Assembly (NCBI GenBank): GCA_963776245.1
Contig: CAVZLN010000008.1
Span: forward strand, 320,001 to 384,000
Length of the DNA: 64,000 nt
From: Candidatus Eiseniibacteriota bacterium
Lineage (GTDB): Bacteria; Eisenbacteria; RBG-16-71-46
Reading direction: 5' to 3'
Shown: piece by piece, positions 20,775 to 31,636 of the stretch
Layout: every line of letters begins with the position of its first letter
Position numbering within the stretch: the stretch's first letter is position 1
Position numbers and translations under genes: made by a program
Notes under the pieces: model-generated
Told to the model about the DNA's origin: nothing
What the model saw: only the letters and a program-made list of their open reading frames with translations
The model's database searches: none

Positions 20775-21774
20775 GCGTGCCACTCCGCGAGTGAGGCGAG
20801 CAACTGGGCGGGCGTGCACGCGGCGGTGCCGACCTCGCGGATGACCACGCCCGCGGCGTGGTTGGCGAGGGCGCACGCGTTCGGGTAGTCCGCCCCGGCC
20901 GCCAGCGCCGCGGCCACCACGCTCACCACCGTGTCGCCCGCGCCGGTGACGTCGAACACCTCGCGCGCCACCGTGGGCAGGTGGGTGCAGCGTCCGCCGC
21001 GCTCGAACAGGCTCATGCCCTGCGGCCCCCGCGTGACCAGCACCGCCTCGGCGTCGAGACGCTTCTGCAGGCCCCAGCCCACCTCCAGCAGGCTGGCCTC
21101 GTCGGTGACGCGCACTCCCTGCACGAACCCGGCCTCGTGCTGGTTGGGAGTGAGGATGGACACCCCGCGGTAGGCGTCGATGTGGCTCTCCTTGGGATCC
21201 ACGCACACCGGCGAGCCCGTGCCGGCGCGCCACGCCGAGCGCGGCCTCGAGCGTGCGCGCGTTCACCACGCCCTTGCCGTAGTCGCTCACCACCAGCGCC
21301 GCGCACCCGGGCAGCCCGCGCTCGAGCGCCGCGATCAGGCGCGCGAGCGGCTCGCCCGCGAGGTCGGCGCGCGATTCGTGGTCGGCGCGCACCACCTGCT
21401 GGCCGTTGGCGACGATGCGCGTCTTGACCGTGGTGGGCCGCGCCGCGTCGGCCAGCAGCCCGCCGAGGTCCACGCCGAGCGCGCCGAACGCCGAGCGCAG
21501 GCGCGCGGCGTCGGGGTCGTCGCCGGTGGCGGCGAACAGCACCGGCGACGCCCCGAGCGCGCACAGGTTGGCGCGCCACGTTGCCGGCGCCGCCGAGGCG
21601 GTCGCTCTCGCGCTCGACCTCGACCACCGGCACCGGCGCCTCGGGCGAGATGCGCTCGACGCGGCCCCACACGTAGCGGTCCAGCATGCAGTCGCCGAGC
21701 ACGGCGATGCGCTGGCCGGCGAAGCCCGCGACGGTGGCGCGCAGGGTCCCGAGATCGAAGGCGGAAGGGCTCAT
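20771..21774 (-). CDS. rfaE1: D-glycero-beta-D-manno-heptose-7-phosphate kinase (frameshifts near 21575 and 21210)
   Basis: [55 protein letters not shown] across frames. Confidence 0.92.
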
Positions 21775-21862
21775 CGGCGCGGCACGCTACACCGCGGCCC
21801 CGGGGCGTGCAATGGCGCACGACGCGCGTCGACCGGCGCTCCCGATCGCGCGGGCCGGGAGC

Positions 21863-22453
21863 TCACCGCGTTCGCTCCTCGCGCCCGAAATCGAACCGCT
21901 GCCGGCACCACACCGCGATCGGGCGACCCGCGCGCTCGGCGGGGAAGAACCGCATCGCGTAGGCGCAGCGCGAGGCCGCGCGCACCAGGGCGGTGTCGCG
22001 CGTGCCGCCGGCCCACGCCACGTCCACCACGCGGCCGTCCTCGTCCACGTTCACGTCCAGTTCGACACGCGCGGGGGCCGCGCCCGGGGGCACGCTCAGC
22101 GGTGCGGCCTCCCGCAGCAGCGGCGGCTTGAGCCCATCGTCCACCACCAGGGCGGGCGGCGCGTCGGCGGGCTCGACCAGTCGCTCGGTCTCGGATGCCG
22201 CATCGGGCGGCGGCGGCATCAGAGGCGCGCGTGCCGGCGAGACGCGCGCCACCCACACCCGCGCCCGCGGGGGCAGGCTCACGTCGAGCCGGATCGCGCG
22301 CCCGCTGTCGGCCAGCACGTTCACCGCCAGCGGGGACGGCCGCGCCGATGGCGCGGGCCTCCCGCGTTCGCGGGCGCAGCCCGGCACCATGCCGGCCGAC
22401 GCCGCGAGCAGCGCGAGGGCGAACGGGACCGAGTGATCGATGGGGCGGCTCAC
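21863..22453 (-). CDS. TonB C-terminal domain protein
   Basis: Hydrophobic N-terminus, Pro-rich linker, VELDVNVDEDGRV...MRFFPAERAGRPIAVW. Confidence 0.7.
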   Translation of the reverse strand: MSRPIDHSVPFALALLAASAGMVPGCARERGRPAPSARPSPLAVNVLADSGRAIRLDVSLPPRARVWVARVSPARAPLMPPPPDAASETERLVEPADAPPALVVDDGLKPPLLREAAPLSVPPGAAPARVELDVNVDEDGRVVDVAWAGGTRDTALVRAASRCAYAMRFFPAERAGRPIAVWCRQRFDFGREERTR

Positions 22454-22614
22454 CCGCCGGACGGTAGCACGCCGGCCCCGCCGCGGCGCGCTTGTCGCCC
22501 CCGCGGCCCGGGTCTAGAGTCGTGGGGTGGCCGGGAACCCACGGGGCACGCCCGTGCCATCGGCGCCGTGGGCGGAGCGCCCGCGCGCCGCGGCTCTCGA
22601 CCCCCGAGGTGCGA

Positions 22615-23622
22615 GTGAACTCTCGCGAGCGTGTCTGGGCGGCCCTGAAGGGCGAGCCCGTCGACCGGCCTCCGGTCTCCTTCTGGGGGCACTTCTATCA
22701 CCGCGAGTCCTCCGCCGCGGACCTCGTCGCCGCCACGCTCGAGTTCCAGCGCGAGCACAACTGGGACTGGGTGAAGCTCAACCCGCGCAAGCACTATCAC
22801 GCCGAGCCATGGGGCGTGGGCTACCGCTACAGCGGGCGCGCGAACGAGAAGCCGGTGCTCGAGGCGTGCCCGGTCCACCAGGCCACGGACTGGACCGCGA
22901 TCACCGAGCGCCCGCACGACCAGGGCGCGCTCGGCGAGCAGCTCGAGGCGGTGCGCCTGCTGAAGGCCGCCCTGCCCGCCGACGTGCCGTTCGTCCAGAC
23001 GGTGTTCACGCCGCTCGCGGTGCTGGGTGAGATGGTGGAGGAGCCCGGGGAATTGCGTCTGCACATGCGCACCCATCCGAACGCGGTGCGCGGGGCGCTC
23101 GAGGCGATCACCCGGACCTTCGAGCGCCACGTCCGCGCCGTGCTGGACGCGGGGGCCGACGGCATCTACCTGGCGACCGTGGACTGGGCGACGCGCGACA
23201 TGCTCGGCCCCGCGGAGCACCGCGAGTGGTCGCGCCCCTACGACCTGCGCCTGCTCGCGGCGGTGGCCGGCGCGCCCTTCAACGTGCTCCACGTGTGCAA
23301 GCGCCGGAACCTCCTGTTCGAATGCGCGGACTATCCGGTGGCCGCGTTCTCGTGGGCCGCCACCGATCCGCTCAATCCGTCGCTCGCCGACGCCCTGCCG
23401 CGGCTGGCGGGCGCGGTGATGGGAGGCATCACGCACGACGATTCCCTGGTGCGCGCCAGCAGCGACGAGGTGGTCGAGGAGTACCGCCGCGCGCTCGAAC
23501 AGACCAAGGGCCGGCGCTGGCTGGCGGCGCCCGGCTGTTCGATCCCACCGGCGACGCCGGCCGCCCACCTGCGGGCGGTGCGCGACGCCGTCGATTCCAC
23601 CCATCTGCCTCTGAGCGCATGA
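22615..23622 (+). CDS. Uroporphyrinogen decarboxylase-like family protein
   Basis: NSRERVWAALKGEPVDRPPVSFWGH, QTVFTPL, AGADGIY, VLHVC, LAAPGCSIP; no RQAGR motif of true HemE. Confidence 0.8.
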   Translation: MNSRERVWAALKGEPVDRPPVSFWGHFYHRESSAADLVAATLEFQREHNWDWVKLNPRKHYHAEPWGVGYRYSGRANEKPVLEACPVHQATDWTAITERPHDQGALGEQLEAVRLLKAALPADVPFVQTVFTPLAVLGEMVEEPGELRLHMRTHPNAVRGALEAITRTFERHVRAVLDAGADGIYLATVDWATRDMLGPAEHREWSRPYDLRLLAAVAGAPFNVLHVCKRRNLLFECADYPVAAFSWAATDPLNPSLADALPRLAGAVMGGITHDDSLVRASSDEVVEEYRRALEQTKGRRWLAAPGCSIPPATPAAHLRAVRDAVDSTHLPLSA

Positions 23623-23655
23623 TGTGACCGACCCGTCCCCAAAGGAGGTGCCGCG

Positions 23656-24249
23656 ATGAGAGCGATTGCGATCCTCATGGCCACCACACTCGCGTGGGCG
23701 ACCCTCGCCGCCGCCCAGGAGGGACCGAAGACCACGCCTCAACCACCCGCGACGTCCACGGCCGGAACCGCGACGCCGGCGAACCCGTCGCGCTCCGGCA
23801 ACACCATAGGCGGCGCGGTGTTCGTGGACGAGATGGCCCCGGACTTCGAGCTCGACGGCTCGCTCGGGCGCCTGGTGCAGCCCTCGAAGCTGCGCGGGGA
23901 CTGGGTGGTCATGGTGTTCTCGGAACGCCGCGAAGGCCTGCAGGAGCTGGCGAGCATCTTCGGACCGCTCCGGCGCCTCGGCGCGGTGATCGTGGGGGTG
24001 TGCGACGAGAACGCGCGCACGCTCCAGAAGGCGCACGAGCGCGAGCCGTGGCCGTTCGTGGTCGCCGCCGACCCGAGCGGCGAGGTCTCGGCGATGTACG
24101 GCGTGTACGACCGGCTGCACAGCACCACGGGCTCGGGGTTCTTCGTCATCGACCGTCGGGGCGTGGTGCGGCTGGCGGTGATCGGCCCGCCGGTGCCCCC
24201 GGACGAGATCCTCAGCCTGGCGAAGATCCCGATGGGCGCCGCGCAATAG
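23656..24249 (+). CDS. Secreted AhpC/TSA (peroxiredoxin-fold) protein lacking the peroxidatic Cys motif
   Basis: AAGGAGG SD; signal peptide; APDFELDG...LRGDWVVMVF...FVVAADPSGEVSAMYGV...FFVIDRRGVVR. Confidence 0.8.
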   Translation: MRAIAILMATTLAWATLAAAQEGPKTTPQPPATSTAGTATPANPSRSGNTIGGAVFVDEMAPDFELDGSLGRLVQPSKLRGDWVVMVFSERREGLQELASIFGPLRRLGAVIVGVCDENARTLQKAHEREPWPFVVAADPSGEVSAMYGVYDRLHSTTGSGFFVIDRRGVVRLAVIGPPVPPDEILSLAKIPMGAAQ

Positions 24250-24267
24250 CGCCACGCAATCCGCACG

Positions 24268-24305
24268 GCGAAGCCCGTCGCCCCGGCCGGGACGGCGGGC
24301 TTCGC
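24268..24305 (+). terminator. GC-rich stem-loop after the first AhpC/TSA gene
   Basis: GCGAAGCCCGTCG...CGGCGGGCTTCGC inverted repeat; no clear U-tract. Confidence 0.5.
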
Positions 24306-24417
24306 GTCACTGGTCCGAACGAGTTCCGCGTGCGCCCGGGCGCACGGTTCCCGGCATGCCGATTGCGATGGGTGTGTGGTCCCCCTGTCGATCGATCGAT
24401 TCTCCACTTCCGGAGGC

Positions 24418-25042
24418 ATGCCCGTGAGGTTCCCCACCTTGCTGGTCGCGCTCACCTTGATGGCGACCTTCCCGTATCAGAACAGCGAGGGCCTGCCGAA
24501 GGCGCGGTCCGCCTCGGAGATGTCCCCGCCGGCCCGCTCGATCAGCGCCAACAGCCCCGAGCCCGACGCGACGGTGGTGAGTCCCGGCGACCGCGCTCCC
24601 GACTTCGCCTACATCGGGGCCGATGGCTTCGGCGGCCGGCTGCGCAACCTGCTCGCCCAGGGCCCCGTGCTGCTGGTGTTCGGCGCGGGCGAATCCGACC
24701 TCGCCGCGCTGCGAGCGCGACCGTGATGCGCTGGTGGGCCTCGGGGTGATCCCGGTGGCGGTCACCAACCTCAAGGCCGGCGCGGTGCGCACGGTCGTCC
24801 GGCGCCTCTCGCTCAGCTTCCCCGTCATCCCCGATCCGCGCGCCATCGCGGCCTCCCAGTTCAACAGCCTCGATCCCGCGACCCTGCAGCCGGTGCCGGC
24901 CTGGTTCGTGGTGGACCGCTCCGGGCGCGTGCGCGGGCTGCGCCGCGGCTCGATCCCGGCCGCGCGATGGGCCGACGTCGCGGCGAACGCGCTGGCGCTG
25001 CCCTCCCCCCGGACGATGCGACCGGCCGCCAAGACGCGCTGA
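24418..25042 (+). CDS. Second secreted AhpC/TSA-fold protein, also Cys-less (frameshift near 24712)
   Basis: Signal-like N-terminus; GDRAPDFAY...GPVLLVFG in one frame, then SFPVIPDP...AWFVVDRSGRVR in another. Confidence 0.75.
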
Positions 25043-25114
25043 CTCACGCCCCGACAGAGTGACGGGGGCGCTGGCCTCGCGGCCGGCGCCCCCGTTCGGT
25101 TGCGGCCCCCGCGA

Positions 25115-27483
25115 TCAGGCCGCGCGCGCGGTGCGTCCGTGGCGCTCGAGGTTCTCGCCCAGCTGGCGCAGCACGCGCTCGACGTCCTCGATCGAGAACG
25201 GCTTGGACATGATGTGGTCCACGCCGTGCGCGATGGCGGTGCCGCTCTCGAGCTGGAAGCCCCAGCCGGTCACCAGCACGACCGCGATGTCGGGCCGCTG
25301 CGACTTCACCGACAGCGCGAGGTCCCAGCCGTTCACCTCGGGCATGCCGAGGTCCGAGAACACCGCGTCGAAGCGGCTCTGCTGGAAGGTCTCGAGCCCG
25401 CTGGGCCCGCCCAGCACCGGCACCACGTCCTGTCCCATCGCCCGCAGCAGGTCGGTGAGCACCGAGAGCACCGGCTCCTCGTCGTCCACCGCCAGCACGC
25501 GCAGCCGCGGCAGCGGACCGAGCGTGGGCGGCTCGGCCGCCGCCGCGAGCACGCGCTCCGGTCGGGAACGCGAGCGTGAACTGGGTGCCGAGATTGGGCT
25601 CGCTCGCGACCGCGATGGTGCCGCGGTGGCGCGTCACGATGCCGTAGGCCACCGACAGGCCGAGTCCGGTGCCCTTCACCTGCTTGGTGGTGAAGAATGG
25701 GTCGAACACGCGAGAGCACGTCTCTTCGTCCATGCCGATGCCGTCGTCGCGGATGACCACTTCGACCTCGCGCTCCTGGTCCGCGGTGGAGATCGAGAGG
25801 TGACCGCCCCACGGCATCGCGTCCACGGCATTGAGCACCAGGTTGGTGAACACCTCGCGCAGCTCGGACGCGTTCCCGGCCAGCGGGAGCGTCGAGCGCA
25901 GGTCGAGCTCCACGCCGATGGCGATGCCGCGGCGCTTGGCGCCGGCCTCCCAGGCCGGCCGCGTCAGCTCGACCACGCCCAGCAGCACGCGGTTCACGTC
26001 GAGCGTCTCGAACGACTCGTCCTGGCGCACGCGCGTGAATTCCTGCACGCGGCGCACCGTGTTGGCGCCGTCGAGCGCGGCCTGCTCCACCACCTGGAGC
26101 TGGCGGCGCACCTCGGGGTCCTGCACGTCGTGGAGCAGCAGCTGGGTGCGGCCGAGGATGGCGGCGAGGATGTTGTTGAAGTCGTGCGCCACGCCGCCGG
26201 CCATCTCGCCGAGCGCGTTCAGCTTGGCGGAGAGCACCAGCTGGGCCTGGGCCTCGCGCAGCTCGTCGAAGGCCTTCTTCATGCCCTCGTAGAGCCGGGC
26301 GTTGGCGATCGCCGCGCTGCACTGTCCCGCGAACAGCGTCGCCAGCTCGAGGTCCCCGTCGGTGAACGGGTACTGCCCGCCGCCCGTTCGCGACATGGTG
26401 ATGACGCCCACCGCCTTCTCGCGATCGAACAGCGGCACGCACAGCAGCGAGGTCGACTCGGGCGGGGTGCCGGGCACCTGGATCGAGCGCGGATCGATCT
26501 CGGCGTGGTTCACGATCTCGCCCCGGCCGGTCTGCGCCACGGTGCCGGTGATGCCCTCGCCGAGCTTGAGCCGCACCGCCATCATCTCGTCCTTGTACGC
26601 CTCGACGTCGCACGCGGCCGCGAACAGTTCCTGGGCCGGCTCGTCGTAGAGGAACACCGTGCATTCCTCGGTCTGGATCACCTGGCGGGACTGCCGGGCG
26701 ATGGTGTTGAGGATGGTGTCGAGGTCGAGCGAGTTCACCACCGCATGGCTCACCGCCAGCAGCGCCGCGAACTTCTCCTTCTGGCGCGCTTCGCGCTGGA
26801 CCAGGTCCGCCAGCGACGCGTCGGCCAGGGCCTCGGCGACGTGCGGCGACAGCGCCACGAACACGCCCTCGGTGCGTCCCTCGAGTTTGAACTCGACGCG
26901 CGTGGCCAGCACCGTCCGCCCGGGCGCCGACTGGAATGCGAAGCGCACCAGGTGGAGCTCGTCGCCGGGCGCGCCGCCGGCCGCCAGCGCGTGCAGGACC
27001 GCATCACGCTGCGAGGGCTCGAGCAGCTCGCCGAACGCGCGGCCCTCGACCTGCTCGCGCGGCTCGCCCAGCAGGGCGAGCAACGGCGCCGTTCGCCAGC
27101 CGCACCCGCTGCTCGGCGTCGAGGTAGACCATCGGCGAGGCCACGCACTCGATCAGCGGGCGGAAGGTCTCGAGCATGCCGCGGAGGGGCTCGCGCTCGT
27201 CCCCCGGCGCGGGCAGGTCGTCGGGCATGAGCATCGCCAGCTCGGCACGCGCGACCGCCGACGCGGGAACGCCGAGGCTCAGCCAGCGCCGTGCGGTCTC
27301 GCGCAGCACGGTGAACGAGTGCACCCGTCCGGGGTCTTCGAGCGCGGACTCGAAGCGCTCGAGCAGACCATCGGCCTCGGACGACGCCCATTCCTCGCCG
27401 AGCGCCGGACCGAGCTGACGGACGATGGCATGGACGAGGCGCGACCGGTACTTGCGCACCAGCTGGCCTGCGGCGGCAGACAA
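25115..27483 (-). CDS. Cytoplasmic hybrid histidine kinase (N-terminal helical region, PAS-like, GAF, HisKA, HATPase, REC); frameshifts near 27090 and 25560
   Basis: GGAGGA SD plus TTG; GEGITGTVA and SLLCVPL (GAF); AHDFNN, NLVLNAVDAM, FFTTK, GTGLGL; VDDE, DLGMP, KPFS. Confidence 0.88.
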
Positions 27484-27792
27484 GCGATCTCCTCCATGGC
27501 AGGGGGGACACGGCCCATCCTGGGCCCGTTACACCCATGGGTCATCGGCCTGACAAGCAGCGGCCTTGAGCAATGCCCGCGCGGCGGGCGCCCCCCCGGG
27601 AGCTGGGCAGTCGGCGTGTGCCGGATGCTCGGGGAGCGGGCCGGGGGGCCGACAAGACGCTCAGCAAGGCCCGGCGACGCGGTTCGGGTGGGCCGGGCCC
27701 GAAGGGGTGCGTGTGGGTATTAGCACCCCGTAGGGTCTGGCGCACCCGGATCGCGTCGCCGGCGTGCGCCCACAGCCCACTCTCCCCGGGTG

Positions 27793-27822
27793 TTGACGCG
27801 CCGCGCCGCCGGCGGCTAACGT
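27793..27822 (+). promoter_or_regulatory. Putative sigma70-type promoter of comM/yifB
   Basis: TTGACG-N18-TAACGT. Confidence 0.5.
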
Positions 27823-27927
27823 GCGTCCGTCGGCCCCCGCCGCGATGCGGGGGCCGGTGCGTTCCCGCCCGCGCGACCTCCCCGGCCGCCTCCGCACCCC
27901 GGCACCCGCCCCCGCCCGAGGTTCAGC

Positions 27928-29445
27928 ATGCTGTGCCGCGTGCGCACCGCCGCGCTGTGGGGTCTGGAGGCCTTCCCGGTCGAGTGCGAGGTGGACGTCG
28001 GCCCGGGCCTGCCCGGGTTCGTGCTGGTCGGGCTGCCCGATGCCTCGGCGCGCGAGGCCCGCGACCGCGTGTGGCCCGCGCTGCGCAACGCCGGCTTCGA
28101 GCCGCCCGACCGCCGCGTGACCGTGAACCTCGCTCCCGCCGGTCGCCGCAAGGAAGGTGCCTCGATGGACCTCGCCATCGCCCTCGGCGTGCTCGCCGCC
28201 ACCGGGCAGGCGCCACGCCGCACGGCTCGACGGCGCCGCGGTGCTGGGCGAGCTGGCGCTCGACGGCACGCTGCGCGGGGTGCGCGGCACGCTCTCGCTC
28301 GCCGAGGCCGCGTGGCGCGCCGCGGCCGGCACGCTGGTGTGCGCCGGCGCCGCCGCGCCCGAGGCGGCGCTGGTCGAGGGGCTCGCGGTGCACGCGATGG
28401 CCGGGCTCGGGGACGCGGTCGCGTGGATGCGCGGCGCGGAGGTCGCGCGCGCGGAGCCCGCCCCGCCGGACGGGGCCGCGGCGCCGAGGACGGCGACCTC
28501 GCCGACGTGCGCGGCCAGGCGCTGGCGCGCCGCGCGCTCGAGATCGCCGCCGCGGGCGGACATCACATGCTGCTGGTGGGCCCGCCGGGCGCGGGCAAGT
28601 CCATGCTCGCGCGCCGCGTGCCCGGCATCCTGCCGCCGCTCGAGCCGGACGAGGCGCTGGTGGTGACGCGGCTGCACTCCGCCTCCGGACTGCGCGCGCC
28701 CGGATGCGGGCTGATGCGCAGTCGGCCGTTCCGCGCGCCGCATCACTCGGTCTCGCTCGCCGGGTTGGTCGGCGGCGGCAGCCCGCCGCGCCCGGGCGAG
28801 ACTCTCGCTCGCGCACCACGGCGTGCTGTTCCTCGACGAACTGGCCGAGTACCCGCGTCACCTGCTCGACGCGCTGCGCGAGCCGCTCGAGACCGGCAGC
28901 GTATGGATCACGCGCGCCGCCGGCACCGCGCGCTTCCCGGCGCGGGCGCTCATGATCGCGGCGATGAACCCCTGCCCCTGTGGCTGGCTCGGGCATCCGA
29001 AGCGCGGCTGTCGCTGCACGCCCGGCGACCTGCAGCGCTACGCCGCGCGCGTGAGCGGACCGGTGCTCGACCGGCTCGACCTGCAGATCGAGGTGCCGGC
29101 GCTCACGGCTCGGAGGAGCTGCTGCGCGCCTCACCGGGCGAGCCGAGCGCCAGCGTGCGCGCGCGCGTGCTCGCGGCGCGGGTGCGCCAGCGCGCCCGCG
29201 GCGCGCTCAACGCGACGCTGCCCAATGCCACGCTGCGCCAGCAGGTCGCCCTCGACGAGGCGGGACGGCGGCTGCTCGGCGAGGCGGTGGATCGCGGCGG
29301 CATGAGCGCGCGCGCGGTGCACCGCGCGATGCGCGTGGCGCGCACCATCGCCGACCTCGCCGGCGAGGAGCGCGTGAGCACGCTGCGCCTGGCGGAAGCG
29401 CTGCAGTACCGGGCGTACGAGACGCGGAGATGCGTCGCGGGATGA
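27928..29445 (+). CDS. comM: YifB/ComM Mg-chelatase-like AAA+ ATPase (several frameshifts)
   Basis: [69 protein letters not shown]. Confidence 0.92.
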   Translation: MLCRVRTAALWGLEAFPVECEVDVGPGLPGFVLVGLPDASAREARDRVWPALRNAGFEPPDRRVTVNLAPAGRRKEGASMDLAIALGVLAATGQAPRRTARRRRGAGRAGARRHAARGARHALARRGRVARRGRHAGVRRRRRARGGAGRGARGARDGRARGRGRVDARRGGRARGARPAGRGRGAEDGDLADVRGQALARRALEIAAAGGHHMLLVGPPGAGKSMLARRVPGILPPLEPDEALVVTRLHSASGLRAPGCGLMRSRPFRAPHHSVSLAGLVGGGSPPRPGETLARAPRRAVPRRTGRVPASPARRAARAARDRQRMDHARRRHRALPGAGAHDRGDEPLPLWLARASEARLSLHARRPAALRRARERTGARPARPADRGAGAHGSEELLRASPGEPSASVRARVLAARVRQRARGALNATLPNATLRQQVALDEAGRRLLGEAVDRGGMSARAVHRAMRVARTIADLAGEERVSTLRLAEALQYRAYETRRCVAG

Positions 29446-29602
29446 GCGAACGCCTCGAAACACCACTCCCCCCGCCTGGCGTGGGCCGCGCACCCTCCCG
29501 CTGCGCTTCCCCGAGTCCACCCGACGGCCACCGCCGGGCGCACGTCCCCGTCCCGTGCACGTGCAGGTCGGCCTGCACATCCACGGGCTCGCGGCTCATG
29601 CG

Positions 29603-29980
29603 CTACGTCTCGTCGCGACCATAGGCCTTGAAGGTCATGATGAGCGCGGGGATCAGCAGCAGGCCTTCCAGGACCATGAACACGGGCGCGCCCGTGTTCG
29701 CGGAGCCCTGGCGGTAGAGGCCCGCGGCGAACATCCGGAACAGGCCGAGGGCCAGGAAGAACCAGCCGGAAAGCGTCACCAGCACAGTCCAGTCACGTGT
29801 CCAGTGAGGGTGGGCGCGCACCACCGCCAGCCCCCCCACGAACATCAGGACTCCCGAGAGATAGACGACCGGGGGGATCTGGGCATCGTAGAGATGCGGT
29901 TGCACGAGCGGGAACTCCGAGACGAGCATCGCGATCATCGTGGGACCGACGAGACCCGCGATGCGCTTCGAGTTCGGCAT
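29603..29980 (-). CDS. Small hypothetical membrane protein (about 4 TM)
   Basis: AAGGAGG SD; four hydrophobic segments. Confidence 0.7.
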   Translation of the reverse strand: MPNSKRIAGLVGPTMIAMLVSEFPLVQPHLYDAQIPPVVYLSGVLMFVGGLAVVRAHPHWTRDWTVLVTLSGWFFLALGLFRMFAAGLYRQGSANTGAPVFMVLEGLLLIPALIMTFKAYGRDET

Positions 29981-30093
29981 GACGACCTCCTTCTCGTTCG
30001 GGGCAGCCCGGTGGATCGCGGTCGAGCGGCGGCGGCCGGCCGCCGCACGCCGACCTTCAGGGGCGCCGGTGAACCCGCCGCGCTGACCGCCGG

Positions 30094-30357
30094 CTACCGG
30101 AACACGGCGTGAGCGACCGCCGATTCCCAGCCCCAGTAGATCAATGCGACGGCCGTGAGGTCGAAGGTCGCATGGGCGACCATCGGAAGCCAGAGCGCCT
30201 CGGTGACCCCGTAGATGGTGCCGAACACCAGGCCCGTCACCGCCGCCTGCTCCACGCCGGGGAGCCCCTGGTCATGATAGTGCGCGAAGGCGAACAGACC
30301 CGACGTGACCAGCACGGTGACGATCCGCGCCGCCAGGCGCCGGCATGGGATCGGCGC
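30094..30357 (-). pseudogene. C-terminal remnant of a CPBP/CAAX (Abi) intramembrane protease
   Basis: TSGLFAFAHY...LWLPMVAHATFD present; N-terminal EExxFR half missing, with an in-frame TGA just upstream and no room before the methyltransferase. Confidence 0.65.
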
Positions 30358-30429
30358 TCATCCGTGCGGTGTCCTGAGGACTCGTGGATGGTTCCGGCCG
30401 GCCGAACGTGCCGCGCGATGCGCGGGCCC

Positions 30430-31248
30430 TCAGCGTTCGATCGTGACCACGTGCGCCTGCATCTTGCCGTCCACGGCGCCGCTCCCGAAGCGCCGGGCGA
30501 TCGCCTCCTCCGCCCGGTCGGTCGCCTCCCCGAGCCGCGAGGGGTCGAGCGTCTCGATCTCGTTCCGCAGCGGAGTCCCCTGGCAGAACGCGATCGCGGT
30601 GGCGCGGGCAGATGCCGCCAGGCTGCGGGCCGCCACTGTGCCGATGTGGGGCGGCGCCGCGAACCCGCCGACCCGCAGGTCCCGCGCGATGGTCGCGGTG
30701 TCGTGATAGCCGTGGGGCGTGCGCTCCATGAAGCGGGGCGGGTCCGCGGGGAAGAGCGATTCGAGCGCGGTGGCCACGGTGTGGGCGAATTCGTTCTCCT
30801 CGATCCGGTCCCACACGCTGAAGTGAAAGACCCCTCCCGCCCCCAGGACTCGACGCGCTTCCGAATACGCCTGCGACTTGTCGGGGAAGAACATGGCCCC
30901 GAACTGGCACACCACGGCGTCGAACGTCCCGTCCTCGAAGGGCAGTCGCATCGCGTCCGCCTGGCGCCACTCCACCGGCCGCCGCGTCCCCAATTCAGCC
31001 GCCAGATCGAGCATGGATGGGTTCAGATCGGTGGCCACGATCGATGCGCTCTCCGGCAGCGCGGACGCCAGCTCGCGGGTCACCACCCCGGTTCCGGCCG
31101 CGATCTCGAGCACGCAGCGCGGGGATCGCGAAGCGACCCGATCCGCCAGGTCCCCCGCGTAGGGCCGGAAGATCATCGGAACGAGCAACTCTTCGTAGAG
31201 GTAAGGGATCGGGCCGTTGAAGAGGTTCGGGGCAGGTGCGGGGTTCAC
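30430..31248 (-). CDS. Class I SAM-dependent methyltransferase
   Basis: VLEIAAGTG, ATDLNPSML, ADAMRLPFEDGTFDAVVCQFGAMFFPD. Confidence 0.9.
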   Translation of the reverse strand: MNPAPAPNLFNGPIPYLYEELLVPMIFRPYAGDLADRVASRSPRCVLEIAAGTGVVTRELASALPESASIVATDLNPSMLDLAAELGTRRPVEWRQADAMRLPFEDGTFDAVVCQFGAMFFPDKSQAYSEARRVLGAGGVFHFSVWDRIEENEFAHTVATALESLFPADPPRFMERTPHGYHDTATIARDLRVGGFAAPPHIGTVAARSLAASARATAIAFCQGTPLRNEIETLDPSRLGEATDRAEEAIARRFGSGAVDGKMQAHVVTIER

Positions 31249-31412
31249 GGGAGGGTCCCTGGGTTCGGGGTGCGCATCGCGGCATCTCGATTGGGTAGTA
31301 GATGGCCCACCGCCCCGGCGGGTGCGCCCCTTCTGGTGGGTTCGTCCCGTCGCGGATCCGCCGCCTCAACCCGCTGCCCGCGTTCGGCTTGAAAGAAACT
31401 TGAAATGACCCC

Positions 31413-31441
31413 TTGCGCACCGCGCGCGCCGCGCGGATACT
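31413..31441 (+). promoter_or_regulatory. Putative sigma70 promoter of csp copy 1
   Basis: TTGCGC-N17-GATACT, at the same position in the repeat as the copy 2 promoter. Confidence 0.6.
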
Positions 31442-31445
31442 CTGT

Positions 31446-31636
31446 TCGTCATCCGGTTGCCGTGGACGTGCTGGAAAGCGCTTTCTCTTGCCGCCAGATT
31501 CGATCTGGCGGTTTTTCGTTAGTGCCGCGCAGACCGCCACGAGTCGGACGACATCCGGTCAGGGTGACCGGTCCGTAGCCGCCACGTTTGGCGGCATACC
31601 GGGACCATCAGTCCCGGGCTATCGAAGGAGTACGCA
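31446..31636 (+). ncRNA. Candidate structured 5' leader RNA of csp copy 1
   Basis: GTGCT-GGAA-AGCGC hairpin; CCGCCAGAT/ATCTGGCGG plus T-tract; three more hairpins, all preserved in copy 2. Confidence 0.65.

Noticed and set aside
22615..23622. Calling the UROD-like gene hemE
   Set aside because: It lacks the RQAGR substrate-binding motif, and no other haem genes are nearby.
24700..24730. TGA in the second AhpC/TSA gene as a selenocysteine codon (selA is in the window)
   Set aside because: The protein-like continuation is in a different frame, and read-through of the TGA gives non-homologous sequence, so this is an indel.
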